Assembly (NCBI GenBank): GCA_027622665.1
Contig: JAQBYT010000023.1
Coordinates: 1 to 57,893 of the forward strand
From: Verrucomicrobiota bacterium
Lineage (GTDB): Bacteria > Verrucomicrobiota > Verrucomicrobiia > Opitutales > Seribacteraceae
Direction of reading: 5' to 3'
Length of the DNA stretch: 57,893 nucleotides
The position numbers were made by a program, and so were the translations under genes. How positions within the stretch are numbered: position 1 is the stretch's first letter; each line of letters opens with the position of its first letter. A model generated the notes under the pieces. The model ran no database searches, was not told the origin of the DNA, and worked only from the letters and a program-made list of their open reading frames with translations. Shown here one piece after another: positions 35,346 through 45,616 of the stretch.

Positions 35346-37136
35346 ATGGCTAGAAAAACTAAGCGCCGGCATCACGACCGGAAGCACCGCAAGTCCCAAA
35401 ACGTGGAGACCACCGTCTCCGATGCATCCATTGAGGATCAACTAAAGGAAGCTCCTCAGGAACCCGATTCTCAACTCATAGATAAAGGAGAGCTGCGCAA
35501 GGAAGCGCAGGAAAGGGCTGCAAATCGGCCTATACGTGAGCGAATCCTATCTTTCTTCCGTCGCGACGACGGGCAAAAGGATTACAAGGAAATCATCATC
35601 AATTCCGAGGCCCTCGAACGTCGGGTGGCTCTTCTGCAGAATGGTGTGCTCGACGACTTCAGCGTCGAACGCAAAGAAGAGGAGCGTGTGGTCGGGGCTA
35701 TCTTCAAAGGGAAGGTTCAGAACTTGGAAGCGGGACTAAAGGCCGCCTTCGTGGATATCGGTCAAGACAAGAATGCCTTCCTTCACTACTGGGACATGTT
35801 GCCCGGCGCAGGCAACAACGATCCCGACCTCGAAATTGTTAGGGAAAACAAAGGAAAGAATAGTGGCCGAGTCGAAGCCAAGTCCATCAAGGACATCCCA
35901 AAGGTGTTTCCTATCGGTTCTGAGATCGTAGTGCAGATCACCAAGGGGCCAATTGGCACCAAAGGGCCGCGTACTACTACGAACTTGGCCCTTGCAGGGC
36001 GATTTCTCGTACTCATGCCCTATGGCGGTCAGTGTGGCATTTCCCGCAAGATCGACGACAGGACTGAGCGCAATCGTCTCAAACGTATCATTACCAATCT
36101 TTCATTGCGCGAGGGTATGGGCGTTATCATTCGGACCGTAGGGGAAAGCAAGCCCGAGAAGTTCTTTGACCGCGACTTGCAACTTCTGTTGCAGAAATGG
36201 GATGAGATTGAAGCCAAGATGAAGACCGTTAAAAGCCCTGCTTGTCTTTATCAGGAACCCGATCTCATTGGGTTGACCGCTCGCGATTTTCTAACCGAAG
36301 ATGTCGATCGGGTTCAGGTCGACAAGAAGGAAGACTATGACCGACTCATTGAGTCTGTGCAGAAAATTTCTCCAAAATCGAAGTCCAAAATCAATCATTT
36401 TGACGAAGAAATCCCCATTTTCGAGCGATTCAGCGTCGAACGCCAAATCGAGCAGACCTTCATGCGCAAGGTGCCTCTGCCTTCGGGCGGAGAAATCGTC
36501 ATTGAGGAGACGGAAGCTTTGGTCTCAATCGACGTGAATACAGGTAGCCACAAGGTCGATCGCAAGGATGGTAAAAACTTTATTCTCCAAGCCAATCTCG
36601 AGGCGGGCGTTGAAGTGGCTCGTCAACTGCGACTTCGCAACCTCGGAGGTCTTGTCATCATCGACTTCATCGATATGAAAAACAAAGGGGACCAACGCAA
36701 AGTCCACCAACGAATGAAAGCCGCCATGGCGGACGACAAGGCAAAGCACAACATCCTCCCCATCTCCCAACTTGGAATCATGCAAATCTCACGCCAGCGA
36801 CATGAGGAGAGCAACACCAGTGGGATTTACGACGACTGTCACTATTGCAGCGGTCGAGGAATCGTAAAGTCGTCTCGTTCCGTGAGTATAGAAATACAGC
36901 GTCGTATCATAAGCGCCGTCCGACAGGTCAAGACTGTTGATCCCGCTCGTCGAGACATCAAGTTCAAGGTTTATATGCATCCTAGCTCTCTTCGCCGTTT
37001 GCGTGGTCCGGATGCTTCCTTGATTGCTCTCATGGAGCGAAATTACGACATCGTCTTGATGTTCGAGGCTTCGGAATCCTTTCACGTCGAGAATTTCAAG
37101 GTGATCGACGAATTGACCGAAAAGGAAATTCGTTAG
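35346..37136 (+). CDS. rng: ribonuclease E/G family
   Basis: G.IFKGKV.N...[61 protein letters not shown]. Confidence 0.92.
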   Translation: MARKTKRRHHDRKHRKSQNVETTVSDASIEDQLKEAPQEPDSQLIDKGELRKEAQERAANRPIRERILSFFRRDDGQKDYKEIIINSEALERRVALLQNGVLDDFSVERKEEERVVGAIFKGKVQNLEAGLKAAFVDIGQDKNAFLHYWDMLPGAGNNDPDLEIVRENKGKNSGRVEAKSIKDIPKVFPIGSEIVVQITKGPIGTKGPRTTTNLALAGRFLVLMPYGGQCGISRKIDDRTERNRLKRIITNLSLREGMGVIIRTVGESKPEKFFDRDLQLLLQKWDEIEAKMKTVKSPACLYQEPDLIGLTARDFLTEDVDRVQVDKKEDYDRLIESVQKISPKSKSKINHFDEEIPIFERFSVERQIEQTFMRKVPLPSGGEIVIEETEALVSIDVNTGSHKVDRKDGKNFILQANLEAGVEVARQLRLRNLGGLVIIDFIDMKNKGDQRKVHQRMKAAMADDKAKHNILPISQLGIMQISRQRHEESNTSGIYDDCHYCSGRGIVKSSRSVSIEIQRRIISAVRQVKTVDPARRDIKFKVYMHPSSLRRLRGPDASLIALMERNYDIVLMFEASESFHVENFKVIDELTEKEIR

Positions 37137-37146
37137 TCCTCCGGGC

Positions 37147-38334
37147 ATGCGCTTCCTCGTCGCCTTCGATAAGTTCAAGGATGCCTTGAGTGCGGGTGAT
37201 GTTTGCCGCCTTGCTCGTGAAAAGCTTGAGTCCGGCTTGCCAAACATACGAGTATTCGAGAGCCCGCTGACCGACGGAGGTGAAGGATTTTGCGATATCC
37301 TTACCGGAGCGGTCGGCGGTCGATTCAGTAGCTATATCGTCGAAGGACCTCTTGGGAAGCCCGTAGAGGCTCGCATCGGCTATGTCGAACTAGGCCTTTT
37401 ATCTCCCGAAGTCCGAGAGTTGGCGAATCTTCCCTCTGTGGGTGAAGTCGCGATTCTGGAAATGGCCTCGGCGGCAGGATTGGAGCAAGTGCCGGTGCCT
37501 TTGCGTGATCCTTGGTCGACTTCTACCTTTGGAGTGGGGGAGCTTGTTCTGCATGCGGCCAAGGATGGCGCTGCCGCCATATTGCTTGGCATCGGTGGGA
37601 GCGCCACAAACGATTTGGGTGTCGGAGCATTACGAGCTCTCGGCTTGCGTTTTTTTGATTGTGAAGATTGCGAAATCGACAATGTCTGTCCAGGTGCATG
37701 GTCGAGGATTACACGTATTTCCGGTGAATTGCCGGAGTTGCCTCCCTTGAGAATCGCCTGCGACGTAGACAATCCACTTCTTGGTTCTTCAGGCGCTGCC
37801 GCCTCTTACGGTCCTCAAAAAGGGCTGCTTGCCGAGGACATACTGCGGATGGATTCCGAAATGGCGAGGATGGCGTCGATGCTGTCGGATAAGTTCGGGG
37901 CGAAAAAGGACATGCTGACCGTGCCCGGAACCGGTGCTGCCGGTGGTATCGGGTTCGGGCTTGGCGTGGCTTGCGGTGGATGTTTAGTGCAGGGCTTTCC
38001 ACTTGTCTCCGCTTGGTTGCAACTAGAAGAGCAAATAAATGACGCCGAGGTCATTCTGACCGGTGAGGGTCGCTTCGACTCGACTTCCCTCCGTGGTAAA
38101 GGTCCGGGAAAAGTTTTGGAGTTGGCGCATCGAGCAGGTAAGCCGGTGTTCGTTTTAGCCGGCTCTGTTTCCGATGAGGCAAGGCGAGAAGTCAGGGAAG
38201 TTTTTCCAAGTGTTTTCCTTCATTCGATTGGACGATCTGAGCTGTCCTTGGAAGAAAACTTGAGCCGCACCGGAGAATTTTTCGAGCAAACCTTGCAAAA
38301 AATAGTCGAATATAAAGAGTGGACGAAGCAGTGA
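37147..38334 (+). CDS. glxK: glycerate kinase (GlxK/GarK family)
   Basis: AFDKFKDAL, PLTDGGEG, EMASAAGL, GIGGSATND.G, CDVDNPLLG, GPQKG, TGEGRFD. Confidence 0.9.
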   Translation: MRFLVAFDKFKDALSAGDVCRLAREKLESGLPNIRVFESPLTDGGEGFCDILTGAVGGRFSSYIVEGPLGKPVEARIGYVELGLLSPEVRELANLPSVGEVAILEMASAAGLEQVPVPLRDPWSTSTFGVGELVLHAAKDGAAAILLGIGGSATNDLGVGALRALGLRFFDCEDCEIDNVCPGAWSRITRISGELPELPPLRIACDVDNPLLGSSGAAASYGPQKGLLAEDILRMDSEMARMASMLSDKFGAKKDMLTVPGTGAAGGIGFGLGVACGGCLVQGFPLVSAWLQLEEQINDAEVILTGEGRFDSTSLRGKGPGKVLELAHRAGKPVFVLAGSVSDEARREVREVFPSVFLHSIGRSELSLEENLSRTGEFFEQTLQKIVEYKEWTKQ

Positions 38335-38930
38335 AAGAAGACGAAACTATCAGGTTAGAGGATCGCCGTCGCCGCATTCGCCGTCTCAAAAAATGGATGC
38401 GGCCTCTGCCTCGTCGATCGAATGTTCATCGTTATCCGGTGCTCAAATGGTTCTCCGGCATGGCTCGCCCCCGCTCGTTCTTGTGGTCTTTCCGTTCTCG
38501 AGAAATGGTCACCGCCTTGTTCCTTGGACTGATCGTCGCCTTTATGCCTTTGGTTGGGATACAGATGCTGATTGTCTTTTTCATCGCATTTTGGTTTCGA
38601 GCAAATCTTCCGGTCATCGTCGCTCTACAGTGGGTTTCCAATCCCTTTACCATGGGCCCCATTTATTACGCCGATTATAAAATCGGTATGGCTATGATGG
38701 AATTGTTCGGCATCGCTCCCGAACCAAATCCCCTGTTTCAGTCCGACTATGACTGGGCTCATTTCGAACTGCGGGATATTGGGTCGTTGCTCGACACCTT
38801 CCCTCCCATGATGCTCGGCGGTCTTGCTTTAGGCTCTTTCCTTGGCCTCGTGGTGGCGGTTGCCTACAAATGGCTCGCCAAATGGTCAAAGGGGCCCTAC
38901 GCCTCTTCAAATAAGAATAGCGAAACCTAG
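38319..38930 (+). CDS. DUF2062 membrane protein
   Basis: LWSF, GL.VAF.P..GIQ, RANLP, WVSNPFT..PIYY..YKIG. Confidence 0.85.
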   Translation: MDEAVKEDETIRLEDRRRRIRRLKKWMRPLPRRSNVHRYPVLKWFSGMARPRSFLWSFRSREMVTALFLGLIVAFMPLVGIQMLIVFFIAFWFRANLPVIVALQWVSNPFTMGPIYYADYKIGMAMMELFGIAPEPNPLFQSDYDWAHFELRDIGSLLDTFPPMMLGGLALGSFLGLVVAVAYKWLAKWSKGPYASSNKNSET

Positions 38931-38954
38931 ATGGGAACGGAGTATTGACAAATA

Positions 38955-40232
38955 ATGAGTAAGAATAAAGGTTTGAGAAACGGGGCTTGGTTATCCTTGT
39001 TTTGGTTGGTTTTCTTTGCCGTCTGTATGGCACCGCTTAGCGGGGCTTCGAAGGTCGGTCTCGGCATCGACCATCTCGAACGAACCAAGTTCCGAGTTCT
39101 TCAAGGAAAACGGGTCGGGTTGCTCACGCATCCTGCGGGAAAGAATGCCGCAGGGCAAAGCACGGTCGAAGTGCTGCGTCGGCAGTCGAATGTTAATCTG
39201 GTCGCCTTATTCGGTCCCGAGCATGGTATCTATGGCGACGAAAAGGCGGCCGTTCCCGTGGACGACAAGATAGACTCGCGCACAGGCCTGCCTGTTTTCT
39301 CCCTGTACGGCAAATACCGCAAACCCTCTTCGGCGATGTTGCGAAAGATCGATGCCTTGGTGGTTGATCTCCAAGACGTTGGGGTACGATGTTATACATA
39401 TGTGAGTTGCATGCGATACGCGATGGAGGCTTGCTTCGAGAATGGGGTGGAAGTGATCGTGCTGGATAGGCCGAACCCTCTCGGCGGACTATTGGTTGAC
39501 GGCCCTCCCATGGATGAAAAGTGGATGAGCTACGTGGGAGCCTTTCAAGTGCCTTTTGTTCACGGTCTTACTATTGGTGAACTCGCTCTTTTTTCCAAAA
39601 AAACTCCCGAGGTCCTGAAAATAGAGTCAGGAGCAAGGCGTAAAGGTAAACTTACCGTAGTGCCTATGATCGGGTGGAAACGCTCCATGACGTGGCCCCA
39701 AACCGGCCTCAAGTGGGTGCCCACTTCCCCGAATATTCCAACTCTCGATTCCGTGGCCGGTTACCCGATGACTGGTCTGGGTGCTCAGCTCGGGAAATTT
39801 CGTCATGGAATCGGTACGCCGCACCCCTTCCGATTCCTCACTTTCGAAGGGCGTTCCCCGGCTGAAATAAAGAGAGAGCTCGAAGCCTTGCGTTTGCCGG
39901 GTTTGAAGTATCAGATAAAGACCGTTGTGAATTCCAAGGGGGAATCCGTTTCCGGAGTCTATCTCGTTGTCAGCGATTGGAAAAAATGGCGTCCCACGGC
40001 TCTTGCCTTTCACATGATGAAGCTTTCCGCCAAATGGGAGAGTCCCCAGCCATTTTCCCAAGCTGCCGAAGCTCAATCCAAACTGTTCAACAAGCACGTT
40101 GGGTCATCCGCATGGTGGAGTGAACTGTCCACCAAGGGCGCAGCTTCCGATCCCGACAAGTTTCTTCGTGAATGGAGTAGATCCGCTCAACTCTTCCGGA
40201 CTTCAGTTCGCAAGTTTTTCCTATACGACTGA
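38955..40232 (+). CDS. namZ: DUF1343 / exo-beta-N-acetylmuramidase NamZ family
   Basis: [62 protein letters not shown]. Confidence 0.88.
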   Translation: MSKNKGLRNGAWLSLFWLVFFAVCMAPLSGASKVGLGIDHLERTKFRVLQGKRVGLLTHPAGKNAAGQSTVEVLRRQSNVNLVALFGPEHGIYGDEKAAVPVDDKIDSRTGLPVFSLYGKYRKPSSAMLRKIDALVVDLQDVGVRCYTYVSCMRYAMEACFENGVEVIVLDRPNPLGGLLVDGPPMDEKWMSYVGAFQVPFVHGLTIGELALFSKKTPEVLKIESGARRKGKLTVVPMIGWKRSMTWPQTGLKWVPTSPNIPTLDSVAGYPMTGLGAQLGKFRHGIGTPHPFRFLTFEGRSPAEIKRELEALRLPGLKYQIKTVVNSKGESVSGVYLVVSDWKKWRPTALAFHMMKLSAKWESPQPFSQAAEAQSKLFNKHVGSSAWWSELSTKGAASDPDKFLREWSRSAQLFRTSVRKFFLYD

Positions 40233-40279
40233 TTTGCGTACCTACGATCGGGTAGGGGGGGAGGGAAATCCCGTTTACG

Positions 40280-40741
40280 CTACCGAGCCAAGTCTTCCTG
40301 TGAGAGAACGCGAAGATTGTTTCGGGTCAACACGTCGATGGCCACACCTTCGTCCTCAAGCCCGATGGCCAGCACCGGCCTGTCGTTCGGCCAAGTGAGA
40401 AAGGGGTAGACGTAGTGAATGTGGATTTCCGCTTGCAGCAACGCCGAGGTGACGTGCTTGAGGGAACTCTCGTTAGGCATTTCAACCGCTACGATTTTGC
40501 GTTCCGAGTGGGTAATCCCTAGCCGGCGAAGTTTTTCTCAGGTTTCGTCGGGATAATTGGTAACCATCCTTACGAGGGCACTGTCCGTGGTGTCCAGAAC
40601 CGAGATGGCGTCCGCCGCATTCAACTTGCTCTGCATGTCGTTTAGCCACCCAACCTTATTCTCGGTATGGATGACGAACTGACGAATTACCTCCCTGCCG
40701 GGATTACGAATGGTCACTCTCTCCGAGTCGAAGTCTGTCAT
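40280..40741 (-). pseudogene. tandem ACT-domain protein with a premature in-frame TGA
   Basis: The two tracked ORFs share one frame: ...TNYPDET*EKLRRLG...LLQAEIHIHYVYPFL; TGA at 40540-40538, probably from CGA. Confidence 0.78.
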
Positions 40742-40911
40742 TTTTCGTTTCGAAAAGATTGAGTAATTATGAAATGAACGTCATCTATCACGATTTTAGT
40801 CTTATCCCTTTCAGCCACAATATTAACCCTTTATGAAATGTCTCAGCTTTTCAATTCGAATAAACGGCTTGCTTTCGTGGCGGTAGCGCCAAGTCTTTCT
40901 TTTCTCAAACC

Positions 40912-42315
40912 ATGACGTATCACAGCTTCAATCGTTTGATCTTTATCCCCAGTCTCCTTCTCGCTTGCGGAGCAGGTTTGTCATTTGGCGCTACGGGCAT
41001 GGAGCTATCCCAGGCTACAGCTACTGAATTGCGGCAGTTGGCCGAGGGTGGAGATGCCTATGCCCAAGCGGCTTTGGCGATTGCCCTTGCCAATGGAGAC
41101 AATGGATTCCCCATATCGATTGTCGAAGCGGATAAGTGGGCTCGCCAGTCTGCCGCCCAAACACATCCCATAGGTAACTTCGCAATGGGGTACTTGACTC
41201 AAAATCCAATTATGGGAGCCGACTCTGCCATGCCGAGCAGATATTACTTTGCTGCATTCGGTGACAGAAAAGGAGTGCTTGTGCGGACGGCTATCTCGGG
41301 AGATCCCATCGCTTGTTATGCCCTCGGCATGATATTAACTTCCGACGAGCTTCGTCCGAAGGTGATCCCGGATCTTGAACTGGCCGCAAGGCATCATCAG
41401 GTTGCCGTGAGTGCCGGTTACATGCCTTCTGTTTTGCAGCTCGGCATCATGAAGGTCGAGGGTATGCTTGCGGTCAAAGACATGGAAGGGGGGCTTGCTC
41501 TTCTCCGGCAGGCAGTTTCCATGAATCTTCCCGTAGCCCACTACTATATGGGAGTGGTCAACTCGAAGGGTAGAGGGGTGCCTGAGGATCGCGGGGCGGC
41601 ACTCGTGCACTTTCGTAAAGCCGCCGACCTCGGTCACGGTACTTCCATGATGATTACGGCTCACTTCTATGCCAGCGGACTCGCCACTCCTATAGATCTC
41701 GATCTTGCCTCTTTATATGCCCGGCAGGCTGCCGCCATAAAGGAATCCGGGGCCGAAGAGAAAATTCTGGAGATTCAAGCATTGGCGGAGTCAGGTGCTT
41801 TGGTCGCCACTTCATCCGGTGTTCCCGAACCTGTGGAAACGAGTGTTCCGCCACCACCGCCACCACCAAGCCCTTCCGGAATCATTCCTCCCACCGCACC
41901 GCCCCTGCCGTCCGCACCGGGTCCCGGCGTTACGACTACCACGCCAACCTATATTCCACGTGCTCCCTCTCCTGCTGAAACAACATTCGTTCCCGTTGCC
42001 CCACCACCGCCAACGACTCCTTTGCCGATTTCCTCTTCCTACAAGACTGCTCCAGAGTCCCGCGAGTTGGCTAAGCGCCTTTATTCCGGGCTTGGCATCC
42101 CCGTGGATTATGCCGCAGCTCACAGCAATTTCGTGATTGCTGCCAACGGGGGCGACGTTGAGGCCGCCCGTTACCTCGGAATCATTTATCTTCGCGGCAA
42201 AGGTGTAGCCAAAGACAGGGTGGAAGCGGCGAAGTGGCTGCGGATGGCGGCTGCAGGCGGGGATGTTATGGCAAAGCGAAATCTGGTACTGCTCGAGCAG
42301 TTGCTTGCCCCTTAG
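40912..42315 (+). CDS. secreted Sel1-like repeat protein with a Pro/Thr-rich linker
   Basis: AEGGDAYAQ, A.YYMG....GRGVPED...A..HFRKAADLGH, A.RYLG.IY..GKGVAKD..EA.KW...AA; poly-Pro at about 41850-42020. Confidence 0.88.
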   Translation: MTYHSFNRLIFIPSLLLACGAGLSFGATGMELSQATATELRQLAEGGDAYAQAALAIALANGDNGFPISIVEADKWARQSAAQTHPIGNFAMGYLTQNPIMGADSAMPSRYYFAAFGDRKGVLVRTAISGDPIACYALGMILTSDELRPKVIPDLELAARHHQVAVSAGYMPSVLQLGIMKVEGMLAVKDMEGGLALLRQAVSMNLPVAHYYMGVVNSKGRGVPEDRGAALVHFRKAADLGHGTSMMITAHFYASGLATPIDLDLASLYARQAAAIKESGAEEKILEIQALAESGALVATSSGVPEPVETSVPPPPPPPSPSGIIPPTAPPLPSAPGPGVTTTTPTYIPRAPSPAETTFVPVAPPPPTTPLPISSSYKTAPESRELAKRLYSGLGIPVDYAAAHSNFVIAANGGDVEAARYLGIIYLRGKGVAKDRVEAAKWLRMAAAGGDVMAKRNLVLLEQLLAP

Positions 42316-42394
42316 GAAGTTTTACTTCGAGTGTCTCGCATGTCTTCATGCCGGGCTCGATTAACCATAAATCCGAAAGAATACTAGATTGCTT

Positions 42395-42658
42395 ATGAAT
42401 CAAAACGTCATCCTTTCCGGACTACACCTCGAACTCGAGCACGCTTCTTGTTCGTCCACGAGAAGCAACGAATACGTAGCTAAGGGACACCTAGAACTCA
42501 AGGGAACTACCATTACTATTTCCTCAGCCAGTGATGATCTATACAAATCGATCGACGATCTGGTCAACAAGCTGGACAGAGGCTTACGTCGCCGCTCTCG
42601 GCTGAAGAAGGTGAAGCGAAAGCAGCACTCCATTTCCGACGATCGTTTTGCGGCATAA
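42395..42658 (+). pseudogene. hpf: HPF/RaiA ribosome hibernation factor with an apparent internal in-frame deletion
   Basis: First strand VILSGLHLEL and C-terminal SDDLYKSIDDLVNKLDRGLRR are present; the first helix and following strand of HPF are missing. Confidence 0.7.
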
Positions 42659-42689
42659 AAGATCCGCGTCCTAAACTTTTTTCTTTTTC

Positions 42690-42720
42690 GAAGGCTCCTC
42701 TACCGGGGAGCCTTCTTTTT
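42690..42720 (+). terminator. rho-independent terminator
   Basis: GAAGGCTCCTC-TACC-GGGGAGCCTTC followed by TTTTT. Confidence 0.8.
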
Positions 42721-42904
42721 GGGAGCAAACCCGCAAGAAATCTAATTTGAGTCCACCAAAAAGATTTTGAGAAATCACGCTTTGTTAAAAAAAAAGCGGC
42801 AATAATGTAACCTTTGGGCATTCTCGGGGGTATTCAGGGCAAAGGACGTTTTCTAGATTGTCTGTATCGTTTTCTGCAAAACTCAAACTAGAGGCCTTAA
42901 AGTA

Positions 42905-43213
42905 ATGAAAATTCGCATCTTTTCCATTCTATCGATCATCAGTTTTACGGGAGGGCATTTGAACGCTGCTCCACTAGACCTCGAGAATGTTTCCGCTCAA
43001 GCCAACTGGATGATTCACATCGACTTAGAAGGTCTGCTGAAAACTGACGTTGGGCAGTTCGTTCTTGCCGAAATCAAAAAACAGCCAAACGCCCAACGGC
43101 AGCTAGCAGGAATCAAGGCTGCCTTTGGGGTGGATATCGAAGGATTGGGAAACTTGACGGCTACTGTGCCGTTGGGAGGTCGTGTGACCCTATTCAATAG
43201 TTGTAGTGGCTAG
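42905..43213 (+). pseudogene. probably truncated secreted protein
   Basis: Signal peptide plus V.A.A.W.IH.D...L..T..G N-terminal motif of larger PVC proteins; stops after 102 aa. Confidence 0.45.
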
Positions 43214-43256
43214 AGAGAGCCTTGAAACATTCCTTTCGACTTCTATTCAAACGACA

Positions 43257-43541
43257 ATGAAACACCCACTCTTGGTTTTGATCTTTACCCTCCCCTTGTT
43301 CTCTTTCGCCCAACGGGATGCCCCGGTATGGGAGTCCTGCCTGACGCAGATTTCGGTTTGCGACAATAACCGGACGTCCTCCGTGCTCGAGCTGGATTTC
43401 AAGAAGAAGGGTGGCCACTATCTTTGTGTTAACCTCTTCTCCGGCGACGTTTCTACCGGTAAGTCCAAGTCGGCACGTTGGAATCCCATTGCAATGATTA
43501 GGTCGCCAAAACTATTATCGCGTCTCAAGGAACATGTTTGA
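43257..43541 (+). CDS. hypothetical secreted protein or fragment
   Basis: Signal-peptide-like N-terminus MKHPLLVLIFTLPLFSFAQ; no family recognised. Confidence 0.35.
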   Translation: MKHPLLVLIFTLPLFSFAQRDAPVWESCLTQISVCDNNRTSSVLELDFKKKGGHYLCVNLFSGDVSTGKSKSARWNPIAMIRSPKLLSRLKEHV

Positions 43542-43664
43542 GGAAGTTTTTATCCGTTGCTCACCTGATGATCGGGCTCGTGCCGGTCCGGTCGTCGAGT
43601 CGTTGAGCGATCGAGTCCAATCACCAGCATCAAGGGACATGGGTCCCGCAACTTGGAGAAAATT

Positions 43665-44171
43665 ATGATTCCAATCACCAGTGCAGAGGTTTACGCATGG
43701 TTTTTCGTTCACTTGGGGGTGTTGCTCGTTGCCGCGGCCTGGATGACGGTTGCGGCGCTAATGTCCCCGAATATCACCCGTCGGTGCGCCGAAGTCATAG
43801 GAGGGAAACCTTGGCGGTCCTTTTTTCTCGGCTTCAGTCTTTTCTTTCTTGGGGTCATCTTGTTTGCTGCCATGAACGCGATACCCTTCGCAGGGGCAAA
43901 GTTCATCGCTGTGGTCATCGGCCTCACCGTCATCCTTTTCGGTTTGTTCGGGGCGGGCGGGTTCGTTCGATGCCTCGCCTCGCGAGCCACTTCCGGACAG
44001 GGATCCCCCACGGTTCGCTCGCTGTACGGGATTTCGCTACTTGTCGCGCTTACTTGGCTGCTTCCTCTGATTGGTTGGTTCTTGGCCCTGCCACTGACGC
44101 TCATCCTAGGCTTGGGGAGTCTGGTCCTTTCCCGCTCGAGAAAGCCGAAGCTCGAAGCCGTTGCGGAATGA
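43665..44171 (+). CDS. multi-pass membrane protein
   Basis: About 5 hydrophobic segments; stop overlaps the DUF1800 start (ATGA). Confidence 0.75.
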   Translation: MIPITSAEVYAWFFVHLGVLLVAAAWMTVAALMSPNITRRCAEVIGGKPWRSFFLGFSLFFLGVILFAAMNAIPFAGAKFIAVVIGLTVILFGLFGAGGFVRCLASRATSGQGSPTVRSLYGISLLVALTWLLPLIGWFLALPLTLILGLGSLVLSRSRKPKLEAVAE

Positions 44172-45616
44172 GCCACGATCGGCGCGAGTTCTGTTCAAGT
44201 CTCGGACTGCTTTCGCTTGCAGCGACCACTGGTTGCGAGCAACTCTCCTCTTTTTTGCCCGCCGGCGTCTCCGATCGAGACCGTCCCCCGGGAACGGCGC
44301 CTACCGCGGATGAAATCGACTTCACCCACCATGTCTTAAACCGGTGCACTTTTGGGCCTCGTCCCGAAGATCGGGCTCTCCTGAAGCCGGGGTTCGATAG
44401 CTGGCTCGATCAACAACTTCATCCCAAAGACATAGTCGATCCACTCTGCGATCGGACGATTGCCTCGATCGAGCGGATTCATCAACACCGAGGCGAACTC
44501 TACAGCGAGGATCCACGCATTCTCCTTCACGATCTCGTCCGGGCGAGGATAATTCGGGCCGTTTACAGCCGTCGACAGCTCCTGGAAGTGATGGTCGATC
44601 TTTGGACCGACCACTTTAACGTCGCATGGAGCAAGGGCAATTGCCGGTGGCTGAAGATCAGCGATGATCTCGAGGTGATTCGACCGCATGCTCTTGGTCG
44701 ATTTCGGGATCTCGTCCGTGCTACGGCGACCAGTCCGGCGATGCTCATCTACCTCGATGGTCACGACAACAAGGTCGTCCATCCGGAAGATAAGCCGAAC
44801 GAAAATCATGCCCGGGAATTGCTTGAACTACACACCCTCGGTGTCGATGGTGGCTACACCCAACGGGATGTCCTCGAGGCCGCTAGGTGTATGAGCGGCT
44901 GGACTTATGGGCACAGCTTTATGTGTGCGGGGGTTTCACGCGTCGGGTTTGATTCCGGCCGGCATGACGACGGAGCCAAGGAGGTGCTCGGCGTCACGAT
45001 ACCCGCCGGCGGGGGGAAGAACGATCTGGAGCAATTGATCGACATTGTTTGCGAACACCGGTCCACTTCGCGATACGTGGCCCGCCGCTTGGCTCGTGTT
45101 TTCATCGCCGACTCTCCACCGGACGAGGTCGTCGAAGCGATCGCCGCCTCCTACCGGTCCTCTGGCGGAGACATACCCGAAATGCTTGAAACCGTCTTCG
45201 GTCTTCCAGCGTTCAGGGAAAATGCAGGGACACTTTTCAAGCGACCGTTCCGGTATCTGGTCTCCGTTCTGCGGGCTACGGATGCCGATACCAACGGCGG
45301 AGCGACCATCCAGAAACGTCTTCGCAGGATGGGGCAACCACCTTTCGAGTACCCGACGCCAGACGGCTATCCCCTGGAGGCTGAACCGTGGTTCGGTTCG
45401 CTCTTGTGGAGGTGGAACTTCTCGCTCGATCTCTTGGCCGGTCGGATTCCCGGAGCGACCGTCCAAGGGAAGGAGCTCGTGCGACGCTTCGGGTCGAGCG
45501 ACCGGTTGCTGGCTCACTTGCTCGGTCGACGCCCGACGAGTTTTGAACTTGAACAGATGAACGGCGAAGACGGCATTTCGATAGCCCTCGCATCACCGGA
45601 ATTTCAATGGCATTGA
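44168..45616 (+). CDS. DUF1800 protein, predicted Tat lipoprotein
   Basis: RREF...TTG-C; HVLNR.TFGP, QLLEVMVD.W.DHFNV, SPAMLIYLD, PNENHARELLELHTLG, GYTQ.DV, GQPPF..PTPDGYP, ASPEFQ. Confidence 0.9.
   Translation: MSHDRREFCSSLGLLSLAATTGCEQLSSFLPAGVSDRDRPPGTAPTADEIDFTHHVLNRCTFGPRPEDRALLKPGFDSWLDQQLHPKDIVDPLCDRTIASIERIHQHRGELYSEDPRILLHDLVRARIIRAVYSRRQLLEVMVDLWTDHFNVAWSKGNCRWLKISDDLEVIRPHALGRFRDLVRATATSPAMLIYLDGHDNKVVHPEDKPNENHARELLELHTLGVDGGYTQRDVLEAARCMSGWTYGHSFMCAGVSRVGFDSGRHDDGAKEVLGVTIPAGGGKNDLEQLIDIVCEHRSTSRYVARRLARVFIADSPPDEVVEAIAASYRSSGGDIPEMLETVFGLPAFRENAGTLFKRPFRYLVSVLRATDADTNGGATIQKRLRRMGQPPFEYPTPDGYPLEAEPWFGSLLWRWNFSLDLLAGRIPGATVQGKELVRRFGSSDRLLAHLLGRRPTSFELEQMNGEDGISIALASPEFQWH

Noticed and set aside
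34025..40232. rodA-rng-glxK-DUF2062-namZ as a novel system
   Set aside because: It looks like an ordinary housekeeping gene run with no unusual architecture.
43697..44167. 157-aa N-terminal extension of DUF1800
   Set aside because: It overlaps the membrane-protein gene; ATG 44168 gives a Tat lipoprotein signal and an ATGA junction.
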